Sequence record: DRR723986_21860
Length of the DNA: 47,140 nt
Reading direction: 5' to 3' (one strand)
Position 1 is the first letter of the stretch; the number at the start of each line of letters is the position of its first letter. Below the pieces are notes generated by a model, which saw only the letters and a list, made by a program, of their open reading frames with translations, did no database searches and had not been told where the DNA came from. Below are positions 11,401-20,474 of this stretch, one piece after another. The translations under genes and the position numbers were made by a program.

Positions 11401-11859
11401 GGAGACTTAGATCTTTTTGCGAGTTTGATCGGTTCCTATGATGCAGGAGGAGATTGGAAAGACGGATCATCAACATCAATTGGAGGTTCAATTGTTTCTT
11501 TCAGTGGTGAAGCTCCAGGAACTTATAACTATTATTATGTTGTAGATAATGGCGTATGCCCTGCCGACTCATCAACGATAACTGTCCAATTGATAGATTG
11601 TGCTGATCTATCAGAAAATTCCATTGTGTCCAAAGTTTATCCTAATCCAGTTAAAGACCATTTAACAATTGAATTGGCTCAACTAGGTGAAAATTTGACG
11701 ATTGACTTATTTTCAATTGATGGTCAGTTAATTAATTCACAAGTAAATCAAAACGAACCAATTTACTCTGTTGACTTTAGCCAAGTGCCAGCCGGGGTTT
11801 ATGTATTAAGACTATCATCTGGTTCAGTTAATGAAGAGATAAGAATAATAAAACAATAA
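8401..11859 (+). CDS. T9SS type-A CTD secreted protein: 2 MAM domains, 3 FN3 repeats, PPC-like domain
   Basis: Start reassigned to ATG 8401 (MKKIYLLFLF signal peptide). MAM motifs TGP...GYLYFETS...LYSP..DLS...FYYHMFG..IG.L...DMAIDD; CTD VYPNP...GVYVLRL...IIKQ. Confidence 0.85.
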   Translation: MKKIYLLFLFSIILSFSSSAAVCTVSDTQTGTDQSGFSATVTNFNCSAPNALLSVTMDASIGTNCTTGGGGLYYYDIYVNGALVASAQCDQLGFDLTPYLPLTSVSIVAVDDPADGNLDAVTLDLNVHMTYNLPYPEPAGVTCGSGSPSIVFTDDFETGIGWTGDIGTSFGTWRLPNANPGGNSGNTGPNGPHSGTTYAEFEASGAAFGTYSIVSPAVDLSSATDAAELSFWMYAYGSNMGTLNVGVSTSPTGPFINEYTWSGQHQTTDAQPWANIGVDISAYLGQVVYIEYSLSHDGSGILGDMAIDLMEVTSCASCPTPNALFATNILGSSIQLNWTENGSASNWVIEYGSVGFTPGTGTSVPAGSNPYTLNGLNPTTSYDIYVRSNCIGDTSLYHGPLQVNTLIDNLNCGSGLPSAIYHADFESGFPTDWSQSAFTLPQWTYNTGATSTPGTGPNSASLNSGYLYFETSGGVFGDTDTLYSPIVDLSTVIANARLVFYYHMFGASIGDLEVEASSDQMSWVNVFSQSGQVQTSSTDEWIPANADLSAFAGGQVYLRLIATRGSSFTGDMAIDDFSVEGCVACPSPTLISVTDSTETTVELSWTAGGSEANWVIEYGAPGFTPGTGTSVNVASNPASVTGLTDNTTYDFYIYANCGGGNFSLEAGPVTGSTGVYCAAPQFFGFEYASNDTVSMQWIAGGSETSWNIEWGPTGFTPGSGTTYSTSTIPDSLFGLAAGGIFDFYVQADCGMGANNPWTGPITYASPALNDLSCDFIPIPVDGSTTIFSNVGATTSVGEPSTGFNTVWFTFVAPPSGYVEITTCGADFNNYLEIFESSDCANYGLYTFIDLALGNPFPTCTDANAAGINVCYFTPGKTYYLAVGSENASDEGIFPLTITEINQVSAGSASTVMLCESMTSYSLFSAISGNNTTDGQWYSPTVGAGNGVSEIINPSLLTAGTNDFHYVEVNACTSDTVHVPIEIVEYPNTGTGQILSQICNFGDLDLFASLIGSYDAGGDWKDGSSTSIGGSIVSFSGEAPGTYNYYYVVDNGVCPADSSTITVQLIDCADLSENSIVSKVYPNPVKDHLTIELAQLGENLTIDLFSIDGQLINSQVNQNEPIYSVDFSQVPAGVYVLRLSSGSVNEEIRIIKQ

Positions 11860-11877
11860 AAACCAAATTTTAAATCT

Positions 11878-11908
11878 AAGCTCGCTTTAATCAAAGTGGG
11901 CTTTTTTT
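11878..11908 (+). terminator. Intrinsic terminator
   Basis: aagctcgcttt-aatc-aaagtgggctt (with G-U pairs) followed by a T tract. Confidence 0.75.
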
Positions 11909-12017
11909 ATGTAAAAAATATAGTGTTTAAGCTCATATTTGTTTGAGCTTAAACTATTTATTGCATTCTTTAAAAAAAGTAGATACATTAGTACGAGAAC
12001 TACTTAACCAATTTTTT

Positions 12018-14306
12018 ATGAAGAAAATTTACTTTTTAGCATTATGTTTAATTCAATTTAGTGTACATGGTCAATTAACCTGTGCAACTGGATTGCCGTC
12101 AATATTATATGCTCAAGATTTTGAAGGAGGATTTCCTTCAGACTGGAATCAAATCTCCACAGGAATACCTCAGTGGCAGTATACAACTAATCAAACGAGC
12201 TCATCTGGAACAGGACCTTTGAATGCGCAAAGCAACACTGGATACGTTTATTTAGAAACATCAGGTGGAGTTCAAGGAGCCACCGATACCTTATATTCCC
12301 CTTTAATCGACTTATCCTCAACCGTTGATGCTGCTAGAATGGTGTTTTATTATCACATGTTTGGAGCAACTATGGGTGAATTAAAGGTTGATGTGACGTC
12401 AGATCAAGTCAATTGGACAAATGTCTTTTCACAATCAGGTCAAGTGCAAACTGCATTGGGAGACCCATGGATTGAGGTAGATGTTGATTTAACTTCCTTT
12501 GCTGGTGGTCCAATTTGGGTTAGATTCGTTGGTGTTAGAGGGTCTAGTTTTACAAGTGATATGTCTATCGATAATTTTTTCGTTGAAGCATGTATTTCTT
12601 GTCCAGCTCCTACTGCTGTAACGGTTTCTAATATTACCCAAACATCTGTTGATTTGGCCTGGACAAATGGAGGTACTGAAACGGTTTGGATAGTTGAATA
12701 TGGTCCTGCAGGGTTTATACCTGGAACAGGAACTACAGTGCCAGCTGCAAGTAATCCAACAACTGTTTCAGGATTAATTGATAATACTAATTATGATTTT
12801 TACGTTTATGCCAATTGTGGACCTGGAGATGAAAGTAATGCCGCAGGTCCTGTGAATGCATCAACTACAGTGTATTGTATTGCACCATCAGGGTTTAATT
12901 TTACTTACACTTCTAATGATACGGCCGCGTATACTTGGACACCAAACGGCCTCGAATCACAATGGATAATTGAATATGGTCCAGCAGGTTATACACCTGG
13001 GACAGGAACAAGCACAACCGTGTTTAATATTCCTGATACTACTTTCAATTTACCTTTAGGTAATGTTTATGATTTTTATGTTCAGGCTTCATGTGGTTTT
13101 GGTGTAAATAATCCTTGGACAGGTCCTATAACTTATGCAACACCAGCAACGAATGATGAACCATGCACAGCGATTAATGTACCTGTTGATGGATCTACGA
13201 CCTTGTTTTCAAATTTCGGTGCAACTGAGGCACCAGGATCTCCGGTTACAGGATTCAATACCGTTTGGTTTACCTTTACAGCTCCAACAACTGGAAACGT
13301 TGAGGTGAATACTTGCGGAAATGATTTCAATAATTTTATTGAGGTGTATTCATTTGGCAATTGTGCAAATATAGCTGCACTCCCCTTCTATGATGGTTCA
13401 ACTGGTAATCCATTTACAACATGTCCTGGTACATTTGACCCTGCTGGAATAAATCTTTGTGGTCTGGTTCCTGGTAATACCTATTATATATGTGTTGGAT
13501 CAGAGGTTTCAATGGATGTAGGAATATTTCCGCTCACATTAACCGAAATCGTTCCTATTACCGCTGGTGTGGCAACTCCTGGTGGAGTTTGTGATGATAA
13601 CGCATCTTTTGATTTATTCTCTCTAATTTCTGGGAATTCAACTACAAACGGAACATGGTATAATCCAACAGTTGCATCTGGTAATATATTTACGAGTCCA
13701 TTGAGTTTTGTAGGTACTCCTGAAGGAGTATATACGTTCTTTTATGTGGATAGTGATGCTTGCGGGGATCATACTGTTCAAACTTCAGTTGAAGTTGGAA
13801 CACCGCATAATGTGGGAAGTGGAGGTTCTCTTCCATTAACATGTAATTATGGCTATGTGAATTTGTTTGACGGATTGAGTGGTACAATTGATCTTGACGG
13901 GGAATGGCATGATAGCAATGGGAATGTTGTATCTTCCTTGTTAAATTTCAATGGAGAACCTTCCGGTTCATATAATTATTATTATGTAATTGATGATGGT
14001 CTATGTCCTGCTGATTCTTCAGGGGTTGGAATCGCGTTAATTGATTGCGCAAGTTTGAATGAAAATGACATAGTAATTGATGCTTATCCTAATCCAGTTA
14101 ATAACATATTAACGGTTCAAGTGATAAATGCAGATGCACAAACTACTGTTGCCTTGTTTGATATAAGAGGTCAGCAAGTTGTAGCCCCAATTAACTTTAA
14201 TGGAAAATCTGTTAAAGTTGAAATGGCTGACCTTGCTGATGGCATTTACTTTTTGAAAGTAAATGCCAACGGCAATGCTAAAGAGTTAAGGATTGTTAAA
14301 CAGTAA
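12018..14306 (+). CDS. T9SS type-A CTD secreted protein: MAM, 2 FN3, PPC-like domain; paralog of the C-terminal two-thirds of 8401-11859
   Basis: Start reassigned to ATG 12018 (MKKIYFLALC signal peptide). Collinear similarity to the previous gene; CTD AYPNP...GIYFLKV...IVKQ. Confidence 0.85.
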   Translation: MKKIYFLALCLIQFSVHGQLTCATGLPSILYAQDFEGGFPSDWNQISTGIPQWQYTTNQTSSSGTGPLNAQSNTGYVYLETSGGVQGATDTLYSPLIDLSSTVDAARMVFYYHMFGATMGELKVDVTSDQVNWTNVFSQSGQVQTALGDPWIEVDVDLTSFAGGPIWVRFVGVRGSSFTSDMSIDNFFVEACISCPAPTAVTVSNITQTSVDLAWTNGGTETVWIVEYGPAGFIPGTGTTVPAASNPTTVSGLIDNTNYDFYVYANCGPGDESNAAGPVNASTTVYCIAPSGFNFTYTSNDTAAYTWTPNGLESQWIIEYGPAGYTPGTGTSTTVFNIPDTTFNLPLGNVYDFYVQASCGFGVNNPWTGPITYATPATNDEPCTAINVPVDGSTTLFSNFGATEAPGSPVTGFNTVWFTFTAPTTGNVEVNTCGNDFNNFIEVYSFGNCANIAALPFYDGSTGNPFTTCPGTFDPAGINLCGLVPGNTYYICVGSEVSMDVGIFPLTLTEIVPITAGVATPGGVCDDNASFDLFSLISGNSTTNGTWYNPTVASGNIFTSPLSFVGTPEGVYTFFYVDSDACGDHTVQTSVEVGTPHNVGSGGSLPLTCNYGYVNLFDGLSGTIDLDGEWHDSNGNVVSSLLNFNGEPSGSYNYYYVIDDGLCPADSSGVGIALIDCASLNENDIVIDAYPNPVNNILTVQVINADAQTTVALFDIRGQQVVAPINFNGKSVKVEMADLADGIYFLKVNANGNAKELRIVKQ

Positions 14307-14323
14307 GGATCTAAAATAGTTTT

Positions 14324-14363
14324 AAAAAATGTCCTTCGGTTTTATCTGAAGGACATTTTTTTT
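14324..14363 (+). terminator. Intrinsic terminator
   Basis: aaaaaatgtccttcgg-tttta-t-ctgaaggacattttttt. Confidence 0.85.
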
Positions 14364-14427
14364 ATCAATAATCTCTTAGATAAATACCAACTAAAATCTT
14401 TTCGTATTTTTAGTTAAAATTTCAATT

Positions 14428-14961
14428 ATGGCAATTCAAGCACCTTTTAATTTACAAAACTGGATTAAAGAGAATCGAGATTTATTAAAACCTCCGGTTT
14501 CGAATAAAAATCTTTATGTTCAATCTGGTGATTATATTGTTATGATTGTCGGTGGGCCAAATGCTCGTAAAGACTATCACTATAATGAAACGGAAGAATT
14601 GTTTTATCAATTAGAAGGTGATATTGTTGTTACGATTCAAGAAGAAGGAGTTGCCCGAAAAGTAGAAATTAAGGCGGGCGACATGTTTTTGCTTCCTGCT
14701 AAAATACCCCATAACCCAGTTCGACCAGCGAACTCAGTTGGACTAGTAATAGAGCGAGTAAGAATGGGAACTGAAAATAGAGACGGTTTAATGTGGTTCT
14801 GCGATAATTGTAACAATCAACTGCACGCAACTTATTTTACCTTAGAAAATGTGGAGAAAGATTTTCAACCAAGATTTAAGGAGTTTTATTCTTCTGAAGA
14901 TCTTAGAACCTGTTCTAAGTGTAATCATGTAATGGAAGTTGACGAAAGGTTTGTGGATTAA
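14428..14961 (+). CDS. nbaC: 3-hydroxyanthranilate 3,4-dioxygenase
   Basis: VGGPNARKDYHYNETEELFYQLEG cupin motif, PHNP, and rubredoxin-like CDNC...CSKC site. Confidence 0.95.
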   Translation: MAIQAPFNLQNWIKENRDLLKPPVSNKNLYVQSGDYIVMIVGGPNARKDYHYNETEELFYQLEGDIVVTIQEEGVARKVEIKAGDMFLLPAKIPHNPVRPANSVGLVIERVRMGTENRDGLMWFCDNCNNQLHATYFTLENVEKDFQPRFKEFYSSEDLRTCSKCNHVMEVDERFVD

Positions 14962-17900
14962 TTACTTCAAGACAGTTACATGACCTCTTAAGGTATGAGC
15001 ATCCTCTTTTAGGTCAACATATCTGACCTGCCATATATAAACATCATCCTTAACCATGCTGCCATTGTAAGATCCATCCCAAGAATCTTCTAATGAGGTC
15101 ATTGTTTTAATCAATTCTCCCCAACGGTTAAAGATGAGCATTTCAAATTCTAAAATATTGACTCCCTGAGCAAAAAAGGTGTTGTTAAATCGGTCTCCAT
15201 TTGGAGTAAAGGTGTTTGGAATATAGAGTAAAGGATCTAGATAGATTGGAACTATTCCTGAGTTTTTACATCCGTTGTCATCTGTTACTGTTGCGGTATA
15301 AATATATTCTTGCTCTGGCCATACTGTTGTTTGATCACACATGATACAACCAATATTATAAACTGGCGACCATTCAATTGAACCATTTGCTTGAGCCCAA
15401 ATTGATGTTGTATCCCCAGCAACTGCATAAACAGCTGGTGAAACAATTATTTGAGGAGTATCATAGAGGAATACATTCGTATAGAGCGTTTGTTCACATC
15501 CATATTCATCAATAATCAATACAGAATATTGAGTGTCAGAATGAGGATTAGCATTAGTGATTGAGTCATTTTTATCAGATAGGTGTAAACTAGGTGACCA
15601 TAGGTACGAAACACCACCCGTTGCAGATAAAACAGCTGTTCCCTCTGGGCAAATAGTTGTATCAGGAGAAATAGTTCCATAAATCTCAATCACATCTACG
15701 TATACCGTGTCGTAAGATGATCCGCAGGCGTTTGTAAAAGTTACTGCATAAGAAGTATCAACTAAAGGAGATACATAAGGATTGTAGACAGTTGTTGATG
15801 AAATGTTATAATCCGGAGACCAAAGGTAGGAGGTTGCTCCGCCAGCAGCAATTTGAATCGATTCGCCATAGCAAACGTGTACTAAATCGGCCAGGTTAGG
15901 ATATGGAATATCTTGATCAACATGCACTTTTGTGGTGTCAGTAATAAGGCAGCCTTCAGGAGTAGTAATATCGACAAAATAATAAGTCGTTGTGGATGGA
16001 GTTGCAATAGGCGTGGCGCTATTTGGGTCATCCAATGAACCTGCCGGAGTCCATACATAAGTATCTCCCCCTGTCGCTGAGAGTTGGGCAGAGCCCCCGA
16101 CACAGATTGCGGTATCTAAGCCAGCATTGGCATTAGAGCCATAAACATAAACAGTTACATCCACCTGATTTACTCCGCAAACACTTGTAATATCCACAGT
16201 AAAAGTAGTTTCCTCGGTAATGGTAGCAATTGGATTAGAACTTGAAGGGTTATCCAATAAGTTTGGTGGCCCCCACAAATAGGTGTCTCCTCCAATCACA
16301 TAGAGTTCAACTGAAGATCCGGGACAAATAGTATCTGATAATGCACCAGCAATTGGTTCGAACAATTGAATTTCAACATCAATGTATGCTGTGTCTGGCG
16401 TATAGCAACCAGCATCATCCGAAACAATTAGCGTAACCGTATAAATTCCTGGATTTGCATAAAAGTGACTTGGTTCGAAATCAGTTGATGTGGGAGATCC
16501 ATCTCCGAAATCCCATAAATACGAATTACCGTTTTGCGAATCATTTTGAAAATCTACTGGATCAGGAATGCAGACAACAGGTGAAGGTGTGCTTAAAGTT
16601 GCATCAATTTTTGATAATTCAAAAACGAAGGCCGCCATGTTGCAATTGGTAGAATTATTGTTCGGTCCATATACTCCTGATGTGGTTGGAAAGACACCTC
16701 CCGAACTTGCACAGGCAGCACATACCGCATGATAAATATTCCCAGCTTTATCAAATCTGCTTGTACCACCATCAACATGATCTCCGGCGCTTGATGGGTC
16801 GCCCATGTAAGTTCCATATTTCAAAGCGCCCATATCTGCACTGAAAACTCCTAAGTAAAAATTAGATCCACTTGTTGTGCTTTGGTAGGCATCTGTACTT
16901 ATCGGCATGCCGCTGCTTGAGCTGTTTGGGGCGGACCCTGTATTGGTGTTTCCACCCCATCCAGCGACATAAATCTCGTAACAATCTGATACTAAAAACG
17001 CAGTCGGAGATAATTCTTCATTACCACTTGAAGCACCGAAAGTTGAAGACCATTCAGATGTTGTTAAATCATTGGATATTTTATGGATGAACTGTCCACT
17101 ATTTGAGTTATTGTAAACTCCAGATGAAATGGTGTACCCCCCTCTAGTTTGTCCATAGAGATAGACATAGTCGTCAATATCCAGTTGAACGAAATATGCT
17201 TGGTCGTAATCGTTGGTTCCAACATAGGTAGAAATTGGGTTTCCATATCCTGGAGCCGGAAATTTAGTGACATAGCCATCAGCACTTCCTCCCAAAAATC
17301 CAGAATTTAATCGACCAGCTGTATTCGGAAAATCAGTGCTTATTGTACCACCTGCAACCAAAATATCACCGTTTGTTGCAATTTGAACTGAATTTCCGGA
17401 TTCGTAATTTGAGCCACCTAAATAGGTGCTCCATAATAAATTAGTCAATCCAGAGTTAAATTTGGCAACAACCGCATCTTGAGCACCAGACAATGTTACG
17501 TCAAATCCACCCACTATAGGGATATCACTTGATTTCGTAGTAGTGGTGATATAAACATTAGAATTATCGTCAACCGTAATCTCACCTCTTAAGTCATCAC
17601 CGTAATTGAACTGAACTGCGCTTCCATTATTAATCCCGTCATTTGCAGATCCACCATAAAATGTACAACCTTGATTCGTAGTTCCTGAAGCATTCAATTT
17701 AAAAATAAAAATATCAGCTCCATTGGAATAAGTAATACCATTTGCAGCAGTGGACGAACCTCCGTTAAATGATTGATCGTATGCTGATCCGGTAGTTGGA
17801 AAATTCGAAGAAGAGGTTGTACCAAGAATGTATAAGTCATTTTGATCATTAACAATAATACTATGTGGTGTATCCCCTTGAGAGCCACCTATAAATGTTG

Positions 17901-18828
17901 AATAGATATAATTTGATCCAGTAGCATTGAATTTTGTTATCGCGATATCAGTTGTTCCTCCTGCAAAAGACGAACTATAAGCACCGGTTGAGGTAGGATA
18001 GCCGGAACCAAATACGATTCCACCCGCAATTAGATTTTTGTTTACATCTGGACAGGCCGTCATTCCCCAGTTGTCAGATGTAGCTCCTGTGAATGTAGAA
18101 AAAGCCAATTGGGGATCTATTACCAGTGGTAGGGTTTGGTCGTATCCCTCCGGAAATTCAAATGACATAACGGTTTCATTCAATACAAAGTCACAAGCCA
18201 CTTCTTGCTTTATTCCATTGATTAATTGGTAAGCATATGGTTTCCTTTCAACCAAAGTGCCTAAGTTGGTAGCTACCCATAATTCCCCATCATCTGTAAT
18301 GGATATTTTGTTTTGACCTTCGTAATTCACTTTGAATTGATTTGGGTCAGCTCCAGGTGAAACTAAAATGTCATATTTCAATGAATTCAGAGATTCGTAG
18401 AATTCTAAGTTAATACCGTTGTATAAATTCAAATAGTTGACCTGGTTGACAGGATAGACTTTCTGCGCCCATTTGGTACTATCATTTGATAGAAAGTAAT
18501 TTTCATAAAATACTGCCGGATTCAGTTCTTCAAACATGGGATCTGGATTGGCACCTAGAAAGGTTGTTTTCACCACATGCCCTTCAAACTCATCAGAGCC
18601 ATGATCGTGATCATCATGTTCATGGGCATGGTCGTATAATTCCCTTTGATTATTAAAATCATAGGTAAAACCACCTTTTTCCAAATAAAGATTACCTGAA
18701 GGAATGCCTATTTTATATTGAATATTTTCATGCCATTGTCCACGATTGGGATGCATCCAAATTTCTTCTTGACCAAAAGTGATATTGGCAAGGCAAATCA
18801 ATGATATAAAGACGAGTAGTCTGTTCAT
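14962..18828 (-). CDS. T9SS type-B CTD (gliding motility-associated C-terminal domain) protein with SBBP-like propeller, PKD and Ig-like repeats
   Basis: N-terminal ...LPLVIDP region, STF.GG/YST.LGG repeats, PKD WDFGDG...H.Y..PG.YTV, C-terminal IPNTFTPNGD..N...IFNRWGE...WDG...GHVTVLK. Confidence 0.9.
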   Translation of the reverse strand: MNRLLVFISLICLANITFGQEEIWMHPNRGQWHENIQYKIGIPSGNLYLEKGGFTYDFNNQRELYDHAHEHDDHDHGSDEFEGHVVKTTFLGANPDPMFEELNPAVFYENYFLSNDSTKWAQKVYPVNQVNYLNLYNGINLEFYESLNSLKYDILVSPGADPNQFKVNYEGQNKISITDDGELWVATNLGTLVERKPYAYQLINGIKQEVACDFVLNETVMSFEFPEGYDQTLPLVIDPQLAFSTFTGATSDNWGMTACPDVNKNLIAGGIVFGSGYPTSTGAYSSSFAGGTTDIAITKFNATGSNYIYSTFIGGSQGDTPHSIIVNDQNDLYILGTTSSSNFPTTGSAYDQSFNGGSSTAANGITYSNGADIFIFKLNASGTTNQGCTFYGGSANDGINNGSAVQFNYGDDLRGEITVDDNSNVYITTTTKSSDIPIVGGFDVTLSGAQDAVVAKFNSGLTNLLWSTYLGGSNYESGNSVQIATNGDILVAGGTISTDFPNTAGRLNSGFLGGSADGYVTKFPAPGYGNPISTYVGTNDYDQAYFVQLDIDDYVYLYGQTRGGYTISSGVYNNSNSGQFIHKISNDLTTSEWSSTFGASSGNEELSPTAFLVSDCYEIYVAGWGGNTNTGSAPNSSSSGMPISTDAYQSTTSGSNFYLGVFSADMGALKYGTYMGDPSSAGDHVDGGTSRFDKAGNIYHAVCAACASSGGVFPTTSGVYGPNNNSTNCNMAAFVFELSKIDATLSTPSPVVCIPDPVDFQNDSQNGNSYLWDFGDGSPTSTDFEPSHFYANPGIYTVTLIVSDDAGCYTPDTAYIDVEIQLFEPIAGALSDTICPGSSVELYVIGGDTYLWGPPNLLDNPSSSNPIATITEETTFTVDITSVCGVNQVDVTVYVYGSNANAGLDTAICVGGSAQLSATGGDTYVWTPAGSLDDPNSATPIATPSTTTYYFVDITTPEGCLITDTTKVHVDQDIPYPNLADLVHVCYGESIQIAAGGATSYLWSPDYNISSTTVYNPYVSPLVDTSYAVTFTNACGSSYDTVYVDVIEIYGTISPDTTICPEGTAVLSATGGVSYLWSPSLHLSDKNDSITNANPHSDTQYSVLIIDEYGCEQTLYTNVFLYDTPQIIVSPAVYAVAGDTTSIWAQANGSIEWSPVYNIGCIMCDQTTVWPEQEYIYTATVTDDNGCKNSGIVPIYLDPLLYIPNTFTPNGDRFNNTFFAQGVNILEFEMLIFNRWGELIKTMTSLEDSWDGSYNGSMVKDDVYIWQVRYVDLKEDAHTLRGHVTVLK

Positions 18829-19014
18829 TTCGTGGTTTGAGCAGAAAATCTAAAGTAAATCAGGTTTTCTACTTTTTTCATTAACAACTTTCAGGCCAGA
18901 TTATTGCAAATAAATATACTAAAAATCAGCCAGTTAACTACGTATATGTTTTATACGGTAGTTTTCAGTTATTGTTTGGTCTTAAACAGACGACCAAAAG
19001 CCATGAATAGTTTG

Positions 19015-19449
19015 CTATTTCTGGAATTTTTCTTCACTAGTTAATTTCCCAGTTTCGTCATAAAATTTCCAGGTTCCAACGCGTTCGTCATTTTTATACT
19101 CTCCAACGTAGCGAATGGTACCTGAAGGGAAGAAGGTTACAGAATGACCAGATTTAATTCCATTTGAATAATAGGTTTCACTCCATTTTGTCCCGTCTTC
19201 ATAATAAGCAACCCAGAGTCCTTCTCGATTTCCGTACATATTGTTTAATCCTTCAATCTTTAATTGCCCATTGGGATGAAACTCTTCATATTTCCCTGGA
19301 GCTTTGGTGTTTACCTTTTCACTTACAGTGTCAGTTTCTACTTCTTCATTCACAACAACGTTTGAATCAGATTCTATTTCAATTGATTGTTCCTCAGATC
19401 CATTACAAGACAGAAGAAATATGAGGCTACAAAAGGCTAAATATTTCAT
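19015..19449 (-). CDS. MORN-variant repeat lipoprotein (YwqK-like)
   Basis: Lipobox LLSC; repeats G.W..YYEDG, G....FFPSG, GTWKFYDETG. Confidence 0.75.
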   Translation of the reverse strand: MKYLAFCSLIFLLSCNGSEEQSIEIESDSNVVVNEEVETDTVSEKVNTKAPGKYEEFHPNGQLKIEGLNNMYGNREGLWVAYYEDGTKWSETYYSNGIKSGHSVTFFPSGTIRYVGEYKNDERVGTWKFYDETGKLTSEEKFQK

Positions 19450-20427
19450 TTATTTTTCTCGATTTACGGTGTATTCAACTAATCCAATCAATGCCTCTTT
19501 GGCTTGATTATTTTCAATATCACTAATTAATGCTAAGGCCTCATCCTTCAATTCTATCATGCGATCATGAGCATATTTTACTCCTCCAGCTGCAATTACT
19601 TTTTTAATAGCAATTTTTACAAATTTGGGTTCTTCATTGTGATTTTTTACAATGTTTATGAGCTCTTTTCTGTCTGATTTATTAGAGGTGTTTAACGCAT
19701 AAATCAGAGGTAAGGTCATTTTTCTCTCACGGATATCATTACCAGTTGGTTTGCCAATTTTATCGCCGGATCCGTAATCAAAAATGTCATCCTTAATTTG
19801 AAATGCAAGACCAACCAATTCACCAAATTTTTTCATTTTAGCAATGAGGTCTTGATCTTCAGTAACAGAAGCTGCTCCAGCCGCACAACAGGATGCAATT
19901 AGTGAAGCAGTTTTTTGTCGAATGATTTCAAAGTATACATCTTCAGTAATATCTAGTTTTCTAGCTTTTTCAATTTGTAACAATTCACCCTCAGACATTT
20001 CTCGTACAGATGTTGAAACAATTTCTAATAACTGATATTCCTTATTATCTACGGACATTAATAATCCGCGAGATAAAAGATAATCACCCACCAAAACGGC
20101 AATTTTATTTTTCCAGAGTGCATTTACTGAGAAAAAACCTCTTCGCTCATTTGCATCATCAACTACGTCATCATGTACCAAGGTTGCCGTATGCAATAAT
20201 TCAATCAGAGAAGCGGCAGTATAGGTAGATTCTTCGACTTTAGTATTAAGGGTTTTAGCAGTCAAAAACACGAACATTGGTCGCATTTGCTTGCCTTTTC
20301 TTTTAATGATGTAATGTGTGATTTTATCCAACAAGGCTACATCTGATTTCATGGACTCTTTGAATTTTTGCTCAAAAAGTTGCATTTCTTCCTCAACGCA
20401 GGCTTTTATGTCTTTGACTGTTACCAC
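19450..20427 (-). CDS. Polyprenyl diphosphate synthase (IspB/HepT-like)
   Basis: GKQMRP, LVHDDVVD...RRG (FARM), KTA, FQIKDD (SARM); GTG start. Confidence 0.93.
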   Translation of the reverse strand: MVTVKDIKACVEEEMQLFEQKFKESMKSDVALLDKITHYIIKRKGKQMRPMFVFLTAKTLNTKVEESTYTAASLIELLHTATLVHDDVVDDANERRGFFSVNALWKNKIAVLVGDYLLSRGLLMSVDNKEYQLLEIVSTSVREMSEGELLQIEKARKLDITEDVYFEIIRQKTASLIASCCAAGAASVTEDQDLIAKMKKFGELVGLAFQIKDDIFDYGSGDKIGKPTGNDIRERKMTLPLIYALNTSNKSDRKELINIVKNHNEEPKFVKIAIKKVIAAGGVKYAHDRMIELKDEALALISDIENNQAKEALIGLVEYTVNREK

Positions 20428-20474
20428 TGATTACAAAGATAAGTGGTTCAGCCAATAATAATCGAGAAAACGAC

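Noticed and set aside
8897-13887. Short alternative-frame and antisense ORFs inside the T9SS genes (and similar ones elsewhere in the ORF track)
   Set aside because: They are nested within long, well-supported CDSs, have no recognisable motifs, and are expected as shadow ORFs.
19015-19449. Toxin-antitoxin module (YwqK-like annotation; also 27604-28515)
   Set aside because: Both proteins have export signals and no adjacent toxin gene, so they are better described as MORN-variant repeat proteins.
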